A stretch of 64,000 nucleotides of DNA from the human T2T-CHM13v2.0 reference genome, Homo sapiens (GCF_009914755.1 NC_060930.1), one strand, 5' to 3'; counted from the stretch's first letter, positions 1-15,595 are shown. Translations and numbers: made by a program. The notes: generated by a model from the sequence alone, not told the origin.

Positions 1-1105
1 ATTATCACCTTACAGGAGCCCAAAACCCAATTTAGAAGGTGATGAGTTATATGGATGAATCTTCTAGAAATCAGTACAATCCGGGGAAAGGGGATAAGTT
101 GCAAGACACATGAGAAGGGCCACAGGTAGATCCCATGTTTTCAGAACCATGGGCAGCCATTCATTTCCATCAGAGTACATTAAGATTTTGAAAAATAGAG
201 CCAGGGAGAGAGGCCAGATGAGGAATGGGCAGACAGGCCACCTCGTGGAACATGTGATTGGGGTGACAAAGTAGTTACAAGGTGGTGAGTGCTGGGGGCA
301 CAGCCTGGCCCTGGTTGGCTGTCTTGCTGTCTGGCAGAACTCCATGGAGTGAGGCAATTGGTAGCGATCCAGGCAGGCAGTTGGTGTCAGTGAGGTCCAT
401 ATGTGGATGGGACCAACAGCAGTGTGGGCAGCGCAGTAGGGGAAAGCCAGGCACTGGGTCCTGGGAACCCCAGGCAGCCCCCAGCCCTGGAGAAAGGGAG
501 TACTGAGGTGAGAACAGGGAACCGAGGTCTAGTCAGGGACTTTCTGAAAGTTGGGGGAATGTGGAGGCTGTCATTTGGGCCAACTTGGCTACACAGCATG
601 CTGGGATCTCAATGGTGGGTGAGCACTGAAAGAATGAGCTAAAAATTGGCAGTGACCAAGCAAGAGGGATTAATTTGGTTTTTGGCCCAGCCCCAAGGAA
701 AGAAGCCAGCTGTCCAAACCACAAACTAGGGTCTGACATGCGCTGGTGCCAGTGTTCAAATCTGCCAGTAGGGGCCCGGTGCCTGTTTCTCCTCTCAGGC
801 AGGAACCAGGCAAAACTGCAGGGGCAAATCCCATGAGCTACGGTAGATTGCTGGACACAGCAGGTCTTACCTAGGGCAATGGCTACTGTGGCGAAGGCTG
901 AATGAAAATACAGACTGAGAGTCATGTCGAGTCTTCGAGAGCAAATCCAAAACTGGGTCATAAAATGAGTTTGACTGAGAATAAAGTTAAAAGAGCCTGA
1001 TGGGAAATCATGAAACTAGGAAGCAAGAGAGGAATGGAGGATCCAGGTATACAGGATACATCCCAGAGCAGTTTCATAGCAAACTGTAAGCTTTTGTGTA
1101 AGTAC

Positions 1106-1169
1106 TATATATATATATATATATATATAGCTTATATATCTATAGCTTATATATATATATGTGTGTGTG

Positions 1170-1218
<49 letters not shown>
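1106..1218. repeat. Compound (TA)n/(TG)n microsatellite
   Basis: Directly visible. Confidence 0.95.
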
Positions 1219-1219
<1 letters not shown>

Positions 1220-1699
1220 GTGACCTTATAGGTAGTAGTCCCAACATGGGCTGACATACATGTGCTTGAGCATTAAACAGGGGCTGACAGGGAGCAAGGC
1301 AATAACACACAACCATCTCTAGGTAGCAATCATGCGTGTAGTCAAGCAGGAGGGGGTTTATGGTTCTGGGAAAGTCCTGGCCAACTGATTACAAGACTCC
1401 GTCTAGCAGCTGGAGGGACCAGGCCCAGCCTCCAGGAAGAGGAGGTAGGCAAGGCCCCAGGAGGGACATGAGGGCCTCAGCAAAGTAACCTGGGGTCAGG
1501 GCAGAGCTTCAGTTGCAGAAATAAAAGTCAGGACCCAGGGCAGACACACAGTCACATAGACAGGGCACACACAGGTGAGGGTGAGATGGGGAGCTGGAGC
1601 TTGTTGGACCCCCCCCAGATGTACCTGATATTGGCCAGGGGCAGTGAGACTTTGGGGTGGCAGAGTTTGATCTATACTCTGGAGTTGACTAATTGGGGT

Positions 1700-1910
1700 T
1701 TAGTCTTGATGCTGCCATTTACTGGCTGTGAGACCATCAGCTAGTTAATCAACATCTCTGAGTTGTGTTTGCCTTATTTTTAAGATGGGAATAACAACAT
1801 GTACTTGGCAAGGTTGTCGTGATGATTCAATGATGCAATGTGTATGACGCGCCAAGCTCTGTGCCTGGCACCATCACAGGTGCTCCATAAACAGAGCTAT
1901 TACTATCATT
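1700..1910 (+). mobile_element. MIR SINE
   Basis: MIR core similarity (ctgccatttactggctgtg...gtgcctggcac...gctattactatt-like end). Confidence 0.75.
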
Positions 1911-2241
1911 AAGACTAAATCCAAACCACACCTGCAGGGAGGGAAGCAGGGATGGGGCTTGAAATACACTGCCAGGCTGGGCTGGATTACCAAAGTAACT
2001 ACGGGATGCTGAGCCTGGGTGTGCAAGGCTGGATGGTGCTGGGAGAGTCCGGGACTAGGACTGGACTGGGTCCTATGGAAAAAGCAAGGGCTATATTTCC
2101 CAAATAGAATGTCATGTTCAGAGAAGGACCAGCTGTGAGTTGCCAATTTACTGTTCTTTTTCCGGTTCGAGGAGTACTAAGCCCACAGGCAGAGTCCAAA
2201 CAGCCTTTGCAGAAAGAGGAAAGAGACATGGGATTAGGTAA

Positions 2242-2647
<406 letters not shown>

Positions 2648-3244
2648 TACCATCACATATTAATTTCTTTAACTTAAATATTCTTGTCCGAAGGCAAATG
2701 TCAGTGTTGCAGGATGTAGGACAAATCGAGTCACTCATAGTTCATGTGTCCAGGCCTTGATCTGCTGAGATGCCTACAAGTCACCAAGAGGACTTATGGA
2801 AGCATGGACCTTTCCCAGGCACAGGGCAGCTGGCGAAAGAGAAGAAGAAGCATCTGTAGGACTTTGAAGTCTTGGGAAGGAATTAGGAAAAGCTGGAAGC
2901 TCACAGAGTGTTTGTTCTCCTCTTCCTGCTGACACTGGCAGAGTTTCATGGGATCTAGTTTATACATTCAGTTCTGTTTGTGGCACAGAAGGTCTTGAGC
3001 AGCTTGAGAACCAGCAACTGGTTGTGAGGACAATGGTCTAGAAAGGGAAAGAGACACTGTCTGTACAATTTCCTCTCCTTGGGGCTCAAGCACCTGATGC
3101 GACCCTGTTCTTTGGTCTCCAGACTTCCCCTAAAGAAGCTAATACCTGTAATCCTTAGCTATGAAGCTGGCTGAGGTAGCTTTGAATTTAGGTGCCAGTG
3201 CCACATTGGAAATGCATGTGCGTGATTGGCTTGCAAAGGTAGGG

Positions 3245-3373
3245 TTTTTGTTGTTGTTTTGAGACAGGATTTCCTATGGTACCCAGGTTGGCCACGAACT
3301 CCTGGGCTGAAGTGATCTCCCACCTCAGCCTCCTGAGTAGCTGAGACTACAGGTGCATGCCACGGTGCCAGCT
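3245..3373 (-). mobile_element. Alu monomer (FLAM-like)
   Basis: Single-arm antisense Alu. Confidence 0.8.
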
Positions 3374-3395
3374 CAAAGGCAAGTTTTTTTTAACC

Positions 3396-3850
3396 TGTGT
3401 GGTCCAATACAATAGCCCTAGCTGTGTGTAGCTGGTTCAAATTGAGACGTGCCATAGATGTAAAATACACACCAGAGTTCAAAGACTCATTACAAAAAAG
3501 ACAAAATAATGTGGCTGAATGTGGTGGCTCATTCCTGTAATCCCAACACTGGGCCAAGGTAGGAGGACTGCTTGAGTCCAAAAGTTCTAGGTTAGAGTGA
3601 GCTATGTTCGTGCTAATGCACTCCAGCCTTGGCGACAGAGCAAGACCTTATCTCTAAAAAACTAAAAAAAAAAAAAAATAAGTAAATAGACAAAAGAACG
3701 TGAAATGTCTCTTTAATAATATTGTACATTAATTCCATGTTGAAATGATCATATTTGGGATATGTTGAGTTAAATAAAATATATTATTAAAATGAATTTC
3801 ACTTTTTAAAGTTTTTAATGTGACTAAAAATTTCAAAATTCCATATTTTT
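3396..3850. mobile_element. MER33 (hAT-Charlie) interrupted by an Alu monomer
   Basis: aattgagacgtgc...taaaatacacaccagagttcaaagact and tgttgaaatgatcatatttgggatat resemble MER33. Confidence 0.75.
3513..3690 (+). mobile_element. Alu monomer (FRAM/FAM-like)
   Basis: Single-arm Alu with A tail inside MER33. Confidence 0.8.
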
Positions 3851-4574
3851 GTATTATAATACATATTTTGCACAATAACAAACATTGATGAGTTTGTTTT
3901 GCCCATTGAGCCCCCACTCGAAAGGTCTGGTCACTCTCACGGTGACTTATCAACCTGGTGGGTACCTGATATTTGGCTGGTCGCAAAAGAGTCAGCTCAT
4001 CTGGGGAGAGGCGGGGTGATAGCCCCAGGCAGCCAAAGATAACTGGACAATCCCTCTGTCCCTGCTGCTGGAATCTTTTAGAAGTGCTGTCTCTCTTCAT
4101 GTCAGACACACGGGACACTTAGGCGGCCGAGAATCTCTCCAAGCATTTGTCTGCCCATCACCACCTAATGGCCACGTCCTGGATGTGGGGAAACAGAAAC
4201 TCTTAGCCCTCCTGTTTTTCACCTGTTGGTATTCTGGAGGGACAGCATTGCCATTAAGACACCTTATGTTGTTTTTGCCTTGTTAAGTTTGAGGCTCTGA
4301 GTTAAGACTCTCTCATCTGGATCAATAAACCTGCTCTAGCTCCACCTCAAAAATGCAAAAATTACCCCTTTATAAGACTCATAAAGGCACAAACCTCACC
4401 TTGTTTCTTTATTCATTCAACAAATATTCAAGTAGCATCTAATACTGGAAGAGAAGAGAAGGGCTTACAAGACAGACATCTGGCTCTGTCTGCCAGTAGC
4501 CTTCCAAGAGTCCATCGCTTCTTCCTTCTTGAAAACTTTGCTTCACTTGCCCTTAGACCTCCCTTTATCTCAGT

Positions 4575-4789
4575 TCTTCTTCTTCCTTCCTTCCTTTCTT
4601 TCTCTTTCTCTCTTTCTCTCTTTCTGTCTTTCCTTCTTTCTTTTGAGGCAGTCTCACTCTATTGCCCAGGCTGAAATGCAGTGGCCCAACCTTGGCTCAC
4701 TGCAATCTCTGCCTCCCAGATTCAAACGATCCTCCCGCCTCAGTCTCCCAAAGTATTGGGATTACAGGCGTGAGCCACTGCACCCAGCC
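4575..4789 (-). mobile_element. Alu monomer/deleted AluJ with CT-rich tail
   Basis: Antisense Alu motifs after a (TTTC/CT) tract. Confidence 0.8.
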
Positions 4790-4829
4790 AACAGTTTCCT
4801 AACCGATCTCATTGCTGTAATCCTTGTAT

Positions 4830-5424
4830 TCCTATATAGCCTATTCTTAGGTCAGCTGCCAGAGTGATCCTTGAAAAATGTAAGTTATAACAAATCACTC
4901 CCCTCCTCAGAACTCTCCAACAACTTGCGTGTCTCTCTGAGTGAAATCCAAAGTATTTACTGAGTCTACCAGGCCTCATACACTTGCTCTCTCCAATTTA
5001 GCCACTCTGGCCTCCTTGCTTTTCTTAAACATGCCAGCCAAGCTTCTCCCACTTCACAGCCTTTCAACTTACTGTTGCCTCTACCTAGAAAACTCTTCCT
5101 CCAGATACCTGCATGGCTTGGCTCCTTACATTCTTCAGGTCTCTGCTGAGATGTCACCTTGGGGAGACCTTTCCTGACCATGTCTCAGAAAGCAGCACCC
5201 TGCACCCTACCTTTCTATTCCCTTATCCTGCCAGATTTTTCCTCCTGGCGCTCATCTCCACCTGCCATGTTGTACACTCACTTGCATGTTGATTGTCTGC
5301 CTCCATTGGAATGTCAGTTCCCTGACAACAGAGATTGCATCTTTTCATTCATTGATGCCTCCCAGCATTTGCTACAGTGTCTGGCACATTGTAAGTGCTC
5401 AATAAATATTTGTTGAATGCATGA
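4830..5424 (+). mobile_element. L2 3' end
   Basis: Ends ggcacattgtaagtgctcaataaatatttgttgaatg, the typical L2 terminus. Confidence 0.8.
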
Positions 5425-5750
5425 AGGCAAAGAAATGGTTCTCCTTTGTAAAGATGATAAGAGGCAGACAATAAACAAGTAAAAGAAAAAGTACATATCA
5501 TCACCAATTGTGGCAAGTGCTTTGAGAAAACCAAGAGATACAGTAATGGAGAGCCTGCTTTACATAGATTTTCCAGGTGGTCAAAGGGGAGTTTCTGAAA
5601 CAAGTGACACTCAGGTTGGGATTAAAAGGAGGAGATAGGGCCAGCCCTGCAAATTGTGGGAGAAGACGGTGCTGGAGGGGAGGGAAAATAGCACATTCAA
5701 AAATCCTGAGGCAGGAATGAGTTTGATGTCTTCAAAGAATTGAGAGGGCA

Positions 5751-6049
5751 GGCCCGGCGCAGTGGCTCACGCCTATAGTCCCAGCACTTTGGGAGGCCGA
5801 GGCAAGCAGATCATCTGAGGTCAGGAGTTCGAGACCAGCCTGACCAACATGGCGAAACCCCGTCTCTACTAAAAATGCAAAAAATACGCCGGCATGGTGG
5901 TGGGCGCCTGTAATTCCAGCTACTCTGGAGGCTGAGGCAGGAGAATCACTTGAACCCCGGGAGGTGGAGGTTGCAGTGAGCTGAGATCACACCACTGGAC
6001 TCTAGCCTGGGCAACAAGAGTGAAAGTGTATCTGAAAAAAAAAAAAAAA
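5751..6049 (+). mobile_element. AluS
   Basis: Full Alu with A tail; TSD ~attgagaggg. Confidence 0.95.
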
Positions 6050-6682
6050 GGATTGAGAGGGAACTAATGGGGAATGAAGAAAATGACATGTGATGTTGAA
6101 GGGGTGTTTAGGCCAAATCATAAAAGATCTGGTGGGCTACGGTAGAGTTTAGATTTTCTTCACAGTTTTGTCTAAGGCTGGACCTGTTAGTAGCAATTTG
6201 AGGGGAAAATCTGAGATGGTATCCAGATGGTGGAATCTGGGTTTCTGGACCATTAACTTAAGCTTCTGCATAAAGTTTCTTAGATAGAAATAGAGTGGCC
6301 TTCACAAGGCCCACAGACTGATCCTCCTACAACAGGGCTTCCAAGACAGTAATTCCTGTAAAAGAAACAACAGCCTTCTCCCTCTATCAGAGCAGGTCTG
6401 CAACACTCAAACTCTTCTGTTATGTGGTCCCTCTTTCATTACGTAGCTGGCCTTATCTCCAGCTACAATAAATTGTCCCAGATGGCATTTCCAATCCAGT
6501 GGTCTGGTCCCTATTCTGTTTCCTGCATTTTCATAGCTACTCTGGGGCTTTTGCTTGTGTTGTTCCCCTGCAAAGAATTGTCCTGTGCTTCATCCACATG
6601 TCTAAAAGCCAGCTCTAATTCTAAGGTAACCATGAGATCAGGTATACAGGCCTAGGTCATGATCTAAAAGTTAGTTTATTAC

Positions 6683-7502
<820 letters not shown>

Positions 7503-7587
7503 AGTTACCTTGTCCTGTACCTTGGCATCTGTCCTTCATGTCATCCTTATTGCTCCCCTGTCGGCTTCCCTGCTGAATTACCAGGTA

Positions 7588-7927
7588 CAATTGGCACTCC
7601 GTATCTAAGGGTTCCACATCCACGGATTCCACCAACCTCGGATGGAAAATGTAATTAGAACTAGAAGGGTTGTGTTTGTACGGAACATGTACAGAATCTT
7701 TTTTCTTGTCATTATTCCCTAAACAACACAGTATCAAAACTATTTACGTGATATTTATGTCATATTAGTATTTTAAGTAATCTAGAGATGATTTAAAGTA
7801 TACAGAAGGGTGTGCATAGGCTATATGCAAATACTACACCATTTTATATTCAGGACTTGAGCATCCATAGATTTTGGTATCCTTGGAGTCCTGGATCCAA
7901 TCCCCCAAGGATATCGAGGGATGACTG
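7588..7927. mobile_element. Tigger3a-like MITE
   Basis: TA-flanked; internal aagtaatctagagatgatttaaagtatac; end gatatcgagggatgactg. Confidence 0.8.
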
Positions 7928-8830
7928 TAGTTCCTGTTCTTAATTAGGTTCAATCAATATATCATAAAAATTCCGAGAGAAATTCAATTACAAGTCAAGG
8001 CTATGAAGCTAACAGGGGTATCTTGGATCCTGGATCCAATCCCCCAAGGATATCGAGGGACGACTAGTTCCTGTTCTCTTACCCTTTTTAATGTTATATG
8101 TACTCATATTTACTGCATGCTAGTTTCACAGGTTTAGGTAGGTATTTTATCTCTCCCACTCTCTTCATTTTAAAGCCACATTATCAAGTCAGACAGGCTC
8201 CAGGGAAATAAATTCTCAGTAGCAGCATGTGGGATAGATCCTGGTAGGCAGGCCTAGGAGCCAGAGAGATCAGCTAGGAGGCCAGGTCCGTGATTCATAA
8301 GTGAGGTGACGGAGGTGTGGACTAGTAGGTGGTTTTAGCTGGTTAGTTTGTTCTGTTTTTTGAACTTTGGTAATCCTAAGTGCCTGGAATTGTGATGAGT
8401 AAAGGCAGAAAACAAAGTCCCCCCAGGCATTACTGTGCCCAGGGCGTAAGGGACCTGAAATGTTAGAAAATAACTGATAGGACTTAATAGCTGAATGGAA
8501 TGAAAAAAATCATAGCACAAGGTTTTAAGCCTGAATCACTGAGAAAATAGTACTTTTTATAGCAATAGAAAAATTAGGAAGCCATGAGGGTTGTAGAGAG
8601 AAAATTATGAATTCTTTATTTGAAATGTTGAATCTTAGGTGAGCTGAAATAACTACTTGAAAGCCGTAGTTGTGGAAGCTCCCCGCAACCACATATCCAA
8701 GTCTGAAAGTCTGGTGCTTCCAGAATCTCCTGGTTATGCTTTTTCCCTAGAACTGATAACCCTATATCATGAGTACAGGTCTACTTTTCCATCTTCCTGA
8801 CAGTCTGAGTTCCTTAAAAGATGAGATTGT

Positions 8831-9169
<339 letters not shown>

Positions 9170-10849
9170 TCAAATATACTACCTGGTACCTAGTAGATGC
9201 CCAATCAGTAAATTTTCAATGAATTAGCAAACAGGGTTGAGCTCAGACAAGAGGTCTAGGCTGGAGATGAAGATCTTGGAGTTTCCTTTCATAAGTGAGA
9301 GTTAAAGTCATGATAAACAGCACCACTGAAAGGGACGACAGTTTGGTCTGTCATTGACTGAGTTCCTCAATAATAGGAAATAGTTCTAGCTAAGTAGATT
9401 TTTAAAACTTTGCCCTCAGAATCAGGTGCCAGGGATCAATATCTGAATAAGGAAGAAGACAAGAGTCTGAGACTGTCATCTCTCCAGGGCTGTCATGAAA
9501 CTAAAAGTCATTTTTCATTTACCAGCCAGTTCAAGGTTCACTCATCCTTATCAGTGTGGTCACGCAACATTATAATAAGCATCGGTCAGAGGCACAAAGA
9601 TGTTCTGCATGTGACATTTCTGACTTCTGGGTATATTTTGTGCCATATCAAAAATCAGTCAGGTGGGAAACTATAGAGGGAATATACTTTTTTCTTGGAT
9701 ATTGCGACTTCTAAAAAGCTGCCAAAGACATGGGAGGATTCCTTAAGATGTATTTCAAGGCTACTTGAAATAAAGCCTACTACTTTAGAACTCTCTTTCT
9801 TATATTTCCAGCTAGATCATTTTTACACATACCCCTTGTAGGCATCAGGGCTGGGGGTCAAATTCTTTTGAATGCCAAAAAAGATAGATAATAATCCTGG
9901 CTGTTTTAGATACCACTGTTAGCTTCATAGCCTTGACCTGTAATTGAATTTCCCTGGGAATTTTATGATATATTGATTGAACCTAATTAAGTCAAGGACC
10001 TGCTCTCCATTATCTGCCTTCACAGCCTCTACACAGAGCCATTCAATCCAAACAACATTTAGTAAGTTCCTAATAAGTACAAAGCCCTGTGCTGGGCCTC
10101 TGCAAAACATAAAGATAAATAAGCTGTAGTCACTTGTTCTTCAGCAGTCCAGTCTTGGAACAGTTAGGGTGCATACACATAAACTCGAACACAAGAAAAC
10201 TAAAGCAAACACTCTAGAAGAAATGTACAGACCTACAACCTTAGTGCAAAGTTGGCCATTAATTACTGGGTGGAAATGGTAAAGACCGAAATTACTTGTT
10301 TGAAATGGTAATGACTCTTTCTACACACTTTCAAGCATTTGTTCTTTAAACAGAGTATAAGGAATACTGACTCACTTGGTATTACATACCCCTGTCATTT
10401 CCTTCGTAATTAACCCAGGCACATTCTTCTGGTAACCATCATTCTTGTTCCTCCACTTCTGGAGTTCTCATTTGAACATACACAGGGTTTGGGGATAATC
10501 TCCTAGGGAATGCGGGAACATTTTTAGGATGACCCTGGGTAACTCCTGTTTCCTTAGTTGCAAAATCTCTTTTTCACATTCTCATTACTTGATTGCCAGT
10601 TCCAATAGGTCAGCTCCATGTTGCCCTGAAACTCTGGGCCACTGAGCATCAACATTCTTGTGTGTGACTCTCCTCTCCACAGGACTTTCCCTAGTACCTT
10701 AGCAAAGACTGTGTAGTGCTGAGTTAACATACTTCACAATTCTTTCCCGCTCCTTCATCATGAGAGACACGAATATTCTTACAAATCAACTACCATCAAG
10801 GCTCCAAGCCGGGCATTTAAGAATTGGATGAACCAAACTTTTATTTTTA

Positions 10850-11151
10850 AATTAAATTTAATTTTTTTAAAGACAGGGTCTTGCTCTGTTGCCCAGGCTG
10901 GAGTGCAGTGGCACCATCATAGCTCATTGCTAGCCTGAAATCCTGGACTCAAAGGATCCTCTCACCTCAGGGTCCTGAGTGGCTAATACTACAGGCACAT
11001 AACACTATGCCCAGCTAATTTTTTAATTTTTTGTAGAGACAAGATCTTGCTATGTTGCCCAGGCTGGTCTCAAACTCCTGGCCTTGAGTGATCCTCCCAC
11101 CACAGCCTCCCAAAGTACTGGGATCACAGGCGTGAAATACCGTGCCTGACC
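10850..11151 (-). mobile_element. AluJ
   Basis: Diverged antisense Alu. Confidence 0.9.
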
Positions 11152-11175
11152 ACAAACTTTTAAACAGACATCTCT

Positions 11176-11498
<323 letters not shown>

Positions 11499-12209
11499 CT
11501 ACCCTAACTTTTGAGAAAAAAAAAATATGTTTGAGGAAAATACAGCTATTTCCTTAGAATATCATTTGACATAGTGCTATCATATAACTTCAAGGTAAAT
11601 GGTATTAGACTTGTATATATGTGTCTGTGTGTGTATATATATATATAGATTTGTATGTATGTGTATCCATCCTAATGCCTATATATACAATGTGTATGTG
11701 TGTAAACTTGTAATTTTACACTTCATGGTTATTTTCAGAAACTGCACCCGTAATTAGAGCAGACTACAACCAGGCACTAAGTGCTTTGATTGCATCACGC
11801 AGACTTCCAGACTTAAACTGTACGTGTGGTTAATTTAGAAAGTGATCACCATGCTTTCCCTTTGCATAGTAGCTTGAGAAAACCACTTAATCTAAGACTT
11901 TGTTACTTTTACAAAATGAGAATGATAATATCTGCCCTTCTGAGCTTTCAAGGTGATTATGAGGAGCAAATAGGATGATGTTGGTAAAACCGCCTTATCT
12001 AAATGAAGGGAGTTGTGATTGTTATTCAAGTGTCTTCTAGACCTTTGGGTCCTGTGCCCTTTGCAGACCGTCTGGCAACTTAGCCATTGAGAGCATCGAA
12101 AGTGGACTTCTTTGTGTCTTTCCATTAAAATTACATGTAATCTTGGGCCCTAAAACATCTAAGACCAGAAGCTATTCCTCTCAGAAAATTCTAGAACCTT
12201 ACCTGTCAC

Positions 12210-12440
12210 TTATTTATTCAATGATTGTTTTATTAGATCTTCCTGTGTGCCAGGCATAGCAAGAGACCTTGGAGATACTAAGACAAATAATTGACAGTCC
12301 CTGCCTCCCATCTAGCAGAATATTGGCTTGGAACCTAACAGAAAGAAACAAATCAATCAATAAAATATTATAGGCGCTAAATAGAGGCATGTGTGGAGGA
12401 AAAACAGCAGAGAGGAGGGAGTGGTTGAATCTAGCAGTGG
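12210..12440 (-). mobile_element. L2 3' fragment
   Basis: tatttattcaatga...tgtgtgccaggcat antisense L2 end. Confidence 0.6.
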
Positions 12441-12747
12441 GTGGGAGTATGCTGAACTTTGCTGATTGCCTCCCTAACAATCATGCTTCCCCCTTCCCCA
12501 CACCGTCTCCCACTAAATCGACTTGAAAGTCAAGTATTGTACTCTCTCTCTCACCCTTCCTAGCAACTAAACATGCATGTGACATAGACAGATTCGATAT
12601 AAGTGTGTGTGTAACTGGTGGGTGGTTTCTGGGAAAGTGTTGCTTTCTTAATAAAGGGCTGTGACTGTGTTTTTCAGAGATAGCCACAGCAATATCTCCC
12701 ACCCTATGTGCTCTTCTCATAATGTGATCTTAAAACTCCCCCTCTCA

Positions 12748-13000
12748 GCCGGGTGCAGTGACTCACACCTATAATCCCAGCAATTTGGGAGGCCAAGGTG
12801 GGCAGATCTTTTCAGCTCATGAGTTCAAGACCAGCCTGACCAACATGGCCAAACCCTGTTTTTACAAAAAATAGCCAAGCTGAGGTGGGAGGATGGCTTG
12901 AGCCTGGAGGTTACAGTGAGCTGCGATCACGCCACTACACCCCAGCCTGGGTGATAGAGCCAGACCTTGTCTCAAAAAACAAAAACAAAAACAAACCCCA
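12748..13000 (+). mobile_element. Internally deleted Alu
   Basis: Alu left arm fused to partial right arm; (CAAAAA)n tail. Confidence 0.85.
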
Positions 13001-13028
13001 AAACTTCTACTGTTAAGAGATGGGGTCA

Positions 13029-13195
13029 GGCTGAGCCCAGTGGTTCATGCCTGTAATCCCAGCAATTTGGGAGGCCAAGGAGAGAGGATGGCTGGAGCTC
13101 AGAAAGTGAAGATTGCAGTGAGCTGAGGTCAGCACTGCACTCCAGCCTGGGTGACAGAAGAAGACTCTGTCTCAAAAAAAAAAAAAAAAAAAAAA
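13029..13195 (+). mobile_element. Alu monomer (FRAM-like)
   Basis: Single arm with poly-A followed by (GA)n. Confidence 0.85.
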
Positions 13196-14299
13196 ACAGC
13201 AAAGAGAGAGAGAGAGAGAGATGGAGTCAATGTCCTCTTTCCTCTTCCTTGACCCTGGAGTGAACTTTATGATTGTCTTAGCCAGTACAGTGCAATGGAA
13301 GTGACATCGTGTGACATCTGAAACTAGATAATAAAAATTCCATGCATGTCCACCACTTTGTTCTTTCAGAATACTTGCTTCTGGAATCCAGCGGCCATGT
13401 TGTGAGGAAGCCCAAACTAGCCCATGCCAAGAGACCACATGACGAGGCCACATGCAGATCCGAGTCCCAGCCAGCAGTTAGCATCGACCAGACATGTAAG
13501 TAAGAACATCACTCAATTGCAGCCCCAGCCCCTGAGTCATCCTCAGCCTTTGAACCTTCCTAGCAGAGACCCCAGACACTGTGGAGCAGAGACAACCTTT
13601 CCCTACTGCACTCTGCACAAATTTCTGTGCCACAGAATCTGTGAACATAATAAAATGGTTGATGTGTGCCACTTAGTGTTGGGGTGGTTTGCTTCACAAC
13701 TCTGGTAACTGGAACATAGATGTGTCTGGCATTACCATTTCTCCTTTCTTCCAGCCTGGATTCTAGGAGCTGGGCAGGGTGTGAGCAGAGACATCTTACC
13801 ACCATGTGGTAAAAGCATGATGTTGGCTTTGATGTTGCTGATTTGCTAAACCAACACCCACAAATGTTTATCTCCAGGCCTCCTGGAATATGAGAGAAAA
13901 AAACAAAAAACAAAAAAAACCCCTCTGGTTTATTTAAGCCACTCTATGCCAAGTTACCTGTTACTTGTAGTTAGAAGCGCCCCTGCTGGAAAGATCTGGT
14001 AGATTTGTGGGGGATAAAACTTGATTTTAAAATGTTAATGTATGTCTAATCAGAATAAAAGTAGAGATAGCAATTATAGCCTACTCTTCTATTTGACTAT
14101 GAAGAAAATGAGAGAAATGAATTAGTAGCTAGGGGAATCCTAAGGGCAAATTTTATAGTCTGTGAGGAAATATCTAGTAGAAGCAGAAAGATTAAAAACT
14201 GGAGCAAGAATAACCTCAGCAATTACTGGTACAGTTCAGCCCTGCATTGGCCCTCCTGTCTTCAACAAGTCTCAAAGACTCTCTTGGAAATTTTCAAAG

Positions 14300-14473
14300 C
14301 AGGGCTGGCTTCATGGGCTTGTGACCTGCACAGTTTCACAGGTCACCTTGCTTAGAGGGACCTTGTATTTGATTTAATGCTCTGCTGTCACTGTCTTGAA
14401 ATTAGTAATTTTTGAACAAGGGACCCTATGTTTTCATTTTGCACTAAGTCACATAAATAATGTAGTCAGTCTC
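14300..14473. mobile_element. MER45A (hAT-Tip100)
   Basis: cagggctggcttcatgggc...tttaatgctctgctgtc...ttttcattttgcact. Confidence 0.75.
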
Positions 14474-14526
14474 ACTTAAAATTTTCCTGCTTCCATTCAT
14501 GTGAAGATGTTTAGAAACAACCTGGA

Positions 14527-14840
14527 GGCCAGGCATGGTGGCTCACACCTGTAACTCCCAGCACTTTGGGAGGCCAAGGCAGGAGGATCACTTGAACCTA
14601 GGAGTTTGAGACCAGCCTGGGCAACGTAGTGAGACCCAGTCACTACATAAAAATTTTTTAAATTCGCCAGGCATGGTGGCACGTGCCTGTATACCCAGCT
14701 ACTCACTGGGCTAAGGCAGGAGAATTGTTTGAGCCTGGGAGGTCAAGGTTGCAGTGAGTTGTAATTGAGCCCCTGCATTCCAGCCTGGATGACAAAGTGA
14801 GACTGTAGTCTCAAAAAGAAAAAAAGAAAAAAAAAAAAAA
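14527..14840 (+). mobile_element. AluJ
   Basis: Full Alu with A tail then (GA)n. Confidence 0.92.
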
Positions 14841-15050
14841 GGAGAGAGAGAGAGAGAGGGAAGCAACTTGGACTTTGATTACCAATGGATATCTGTCTTA
14901 AAGGCACTGTATTTTTCCATTTTTTTAAATTCACAAGGACCTTGGGTCCCTTGAATTTATTCTGTATATTTATGTAAACCAGCATATAGCCATTGTTGTT
15001 GGAGGCCTACATTCTTCTGATTTTAAATAACATGATATATGTCATACATA

Positions 15051-15561
15051 CAGTTGATTCTTGAACAACATAGGTTTGAACTGTGCGGGTCTACTTATTC
15101 GTGGATTTTTTTTCCAATAAAAGTATAGGGTGTGTCTGCCTCTCCTGCTTTCCCTTCCACCTCTTCCACCTCTTCTGCCTCTGCCACCCCTAAGACAGCA
15201 AGACCAATCTCCTCTACCTCCTCCTCCTCAGTCTACTCAATGTGAAGACAACAAAGATGAGGAACTTCATGACTGTCCACTTTCACTTAATGAATAGTAA
15301 ATATATCTTCTCTTTCTTACAATGTTCTTAATAGCATTTTTTCTCTAGCTTACTTTATTGTAAGAATAAAGTATATAATAATATAACATACAAAATATGT
15401 GCTAATTGACTATTTATGTTATTGGTAAGGCTTCCAGTCAACAGTAGGCTATTAGTAATTCAGTTTTTAGGGAGTCAAAAATTATACTCAGATTTTCAAC
15501 TGGACATGGGGCTGGGGGTTGATGCCCCTTACCCCACCCGGTGTTGTTCAAGTGTCAACTG
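15051..15561. mobile_element. Tigger2a-like MITE
   Basis: TIRs CAGTTGATTCTTGAACAACA / TGTTGTTCAAGTGTCAACTG, TA on both sides. Confidence 0.88.
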
Positions 15562-15595
15562 TACATATCCTCAGATGGACATTAAGACAGTAGCC

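Larger units (their letters stand above)
12660..13716 (+). mobile_element. MLT1G/H-like LTR holding two Alu fragments, nested in an older MLT1 (~12480-13980)
   Basis: gccatgttgtgaggaagccc...cacagaatctgtgaacataataaaatggtt...taactggaaca. Confidence 0.7.

Noticed and set aside
1-1000. Cluster of short overlapping ORFs
   Set aside because: No recognisable product; possibly an ancient repeat I cannot name
14927-14960. Imperfect hairpin taaattca...ggacc ttg ggtcc...tgaattta
   Set aside because: Short and imperfect; within chance expectation for 64 kb
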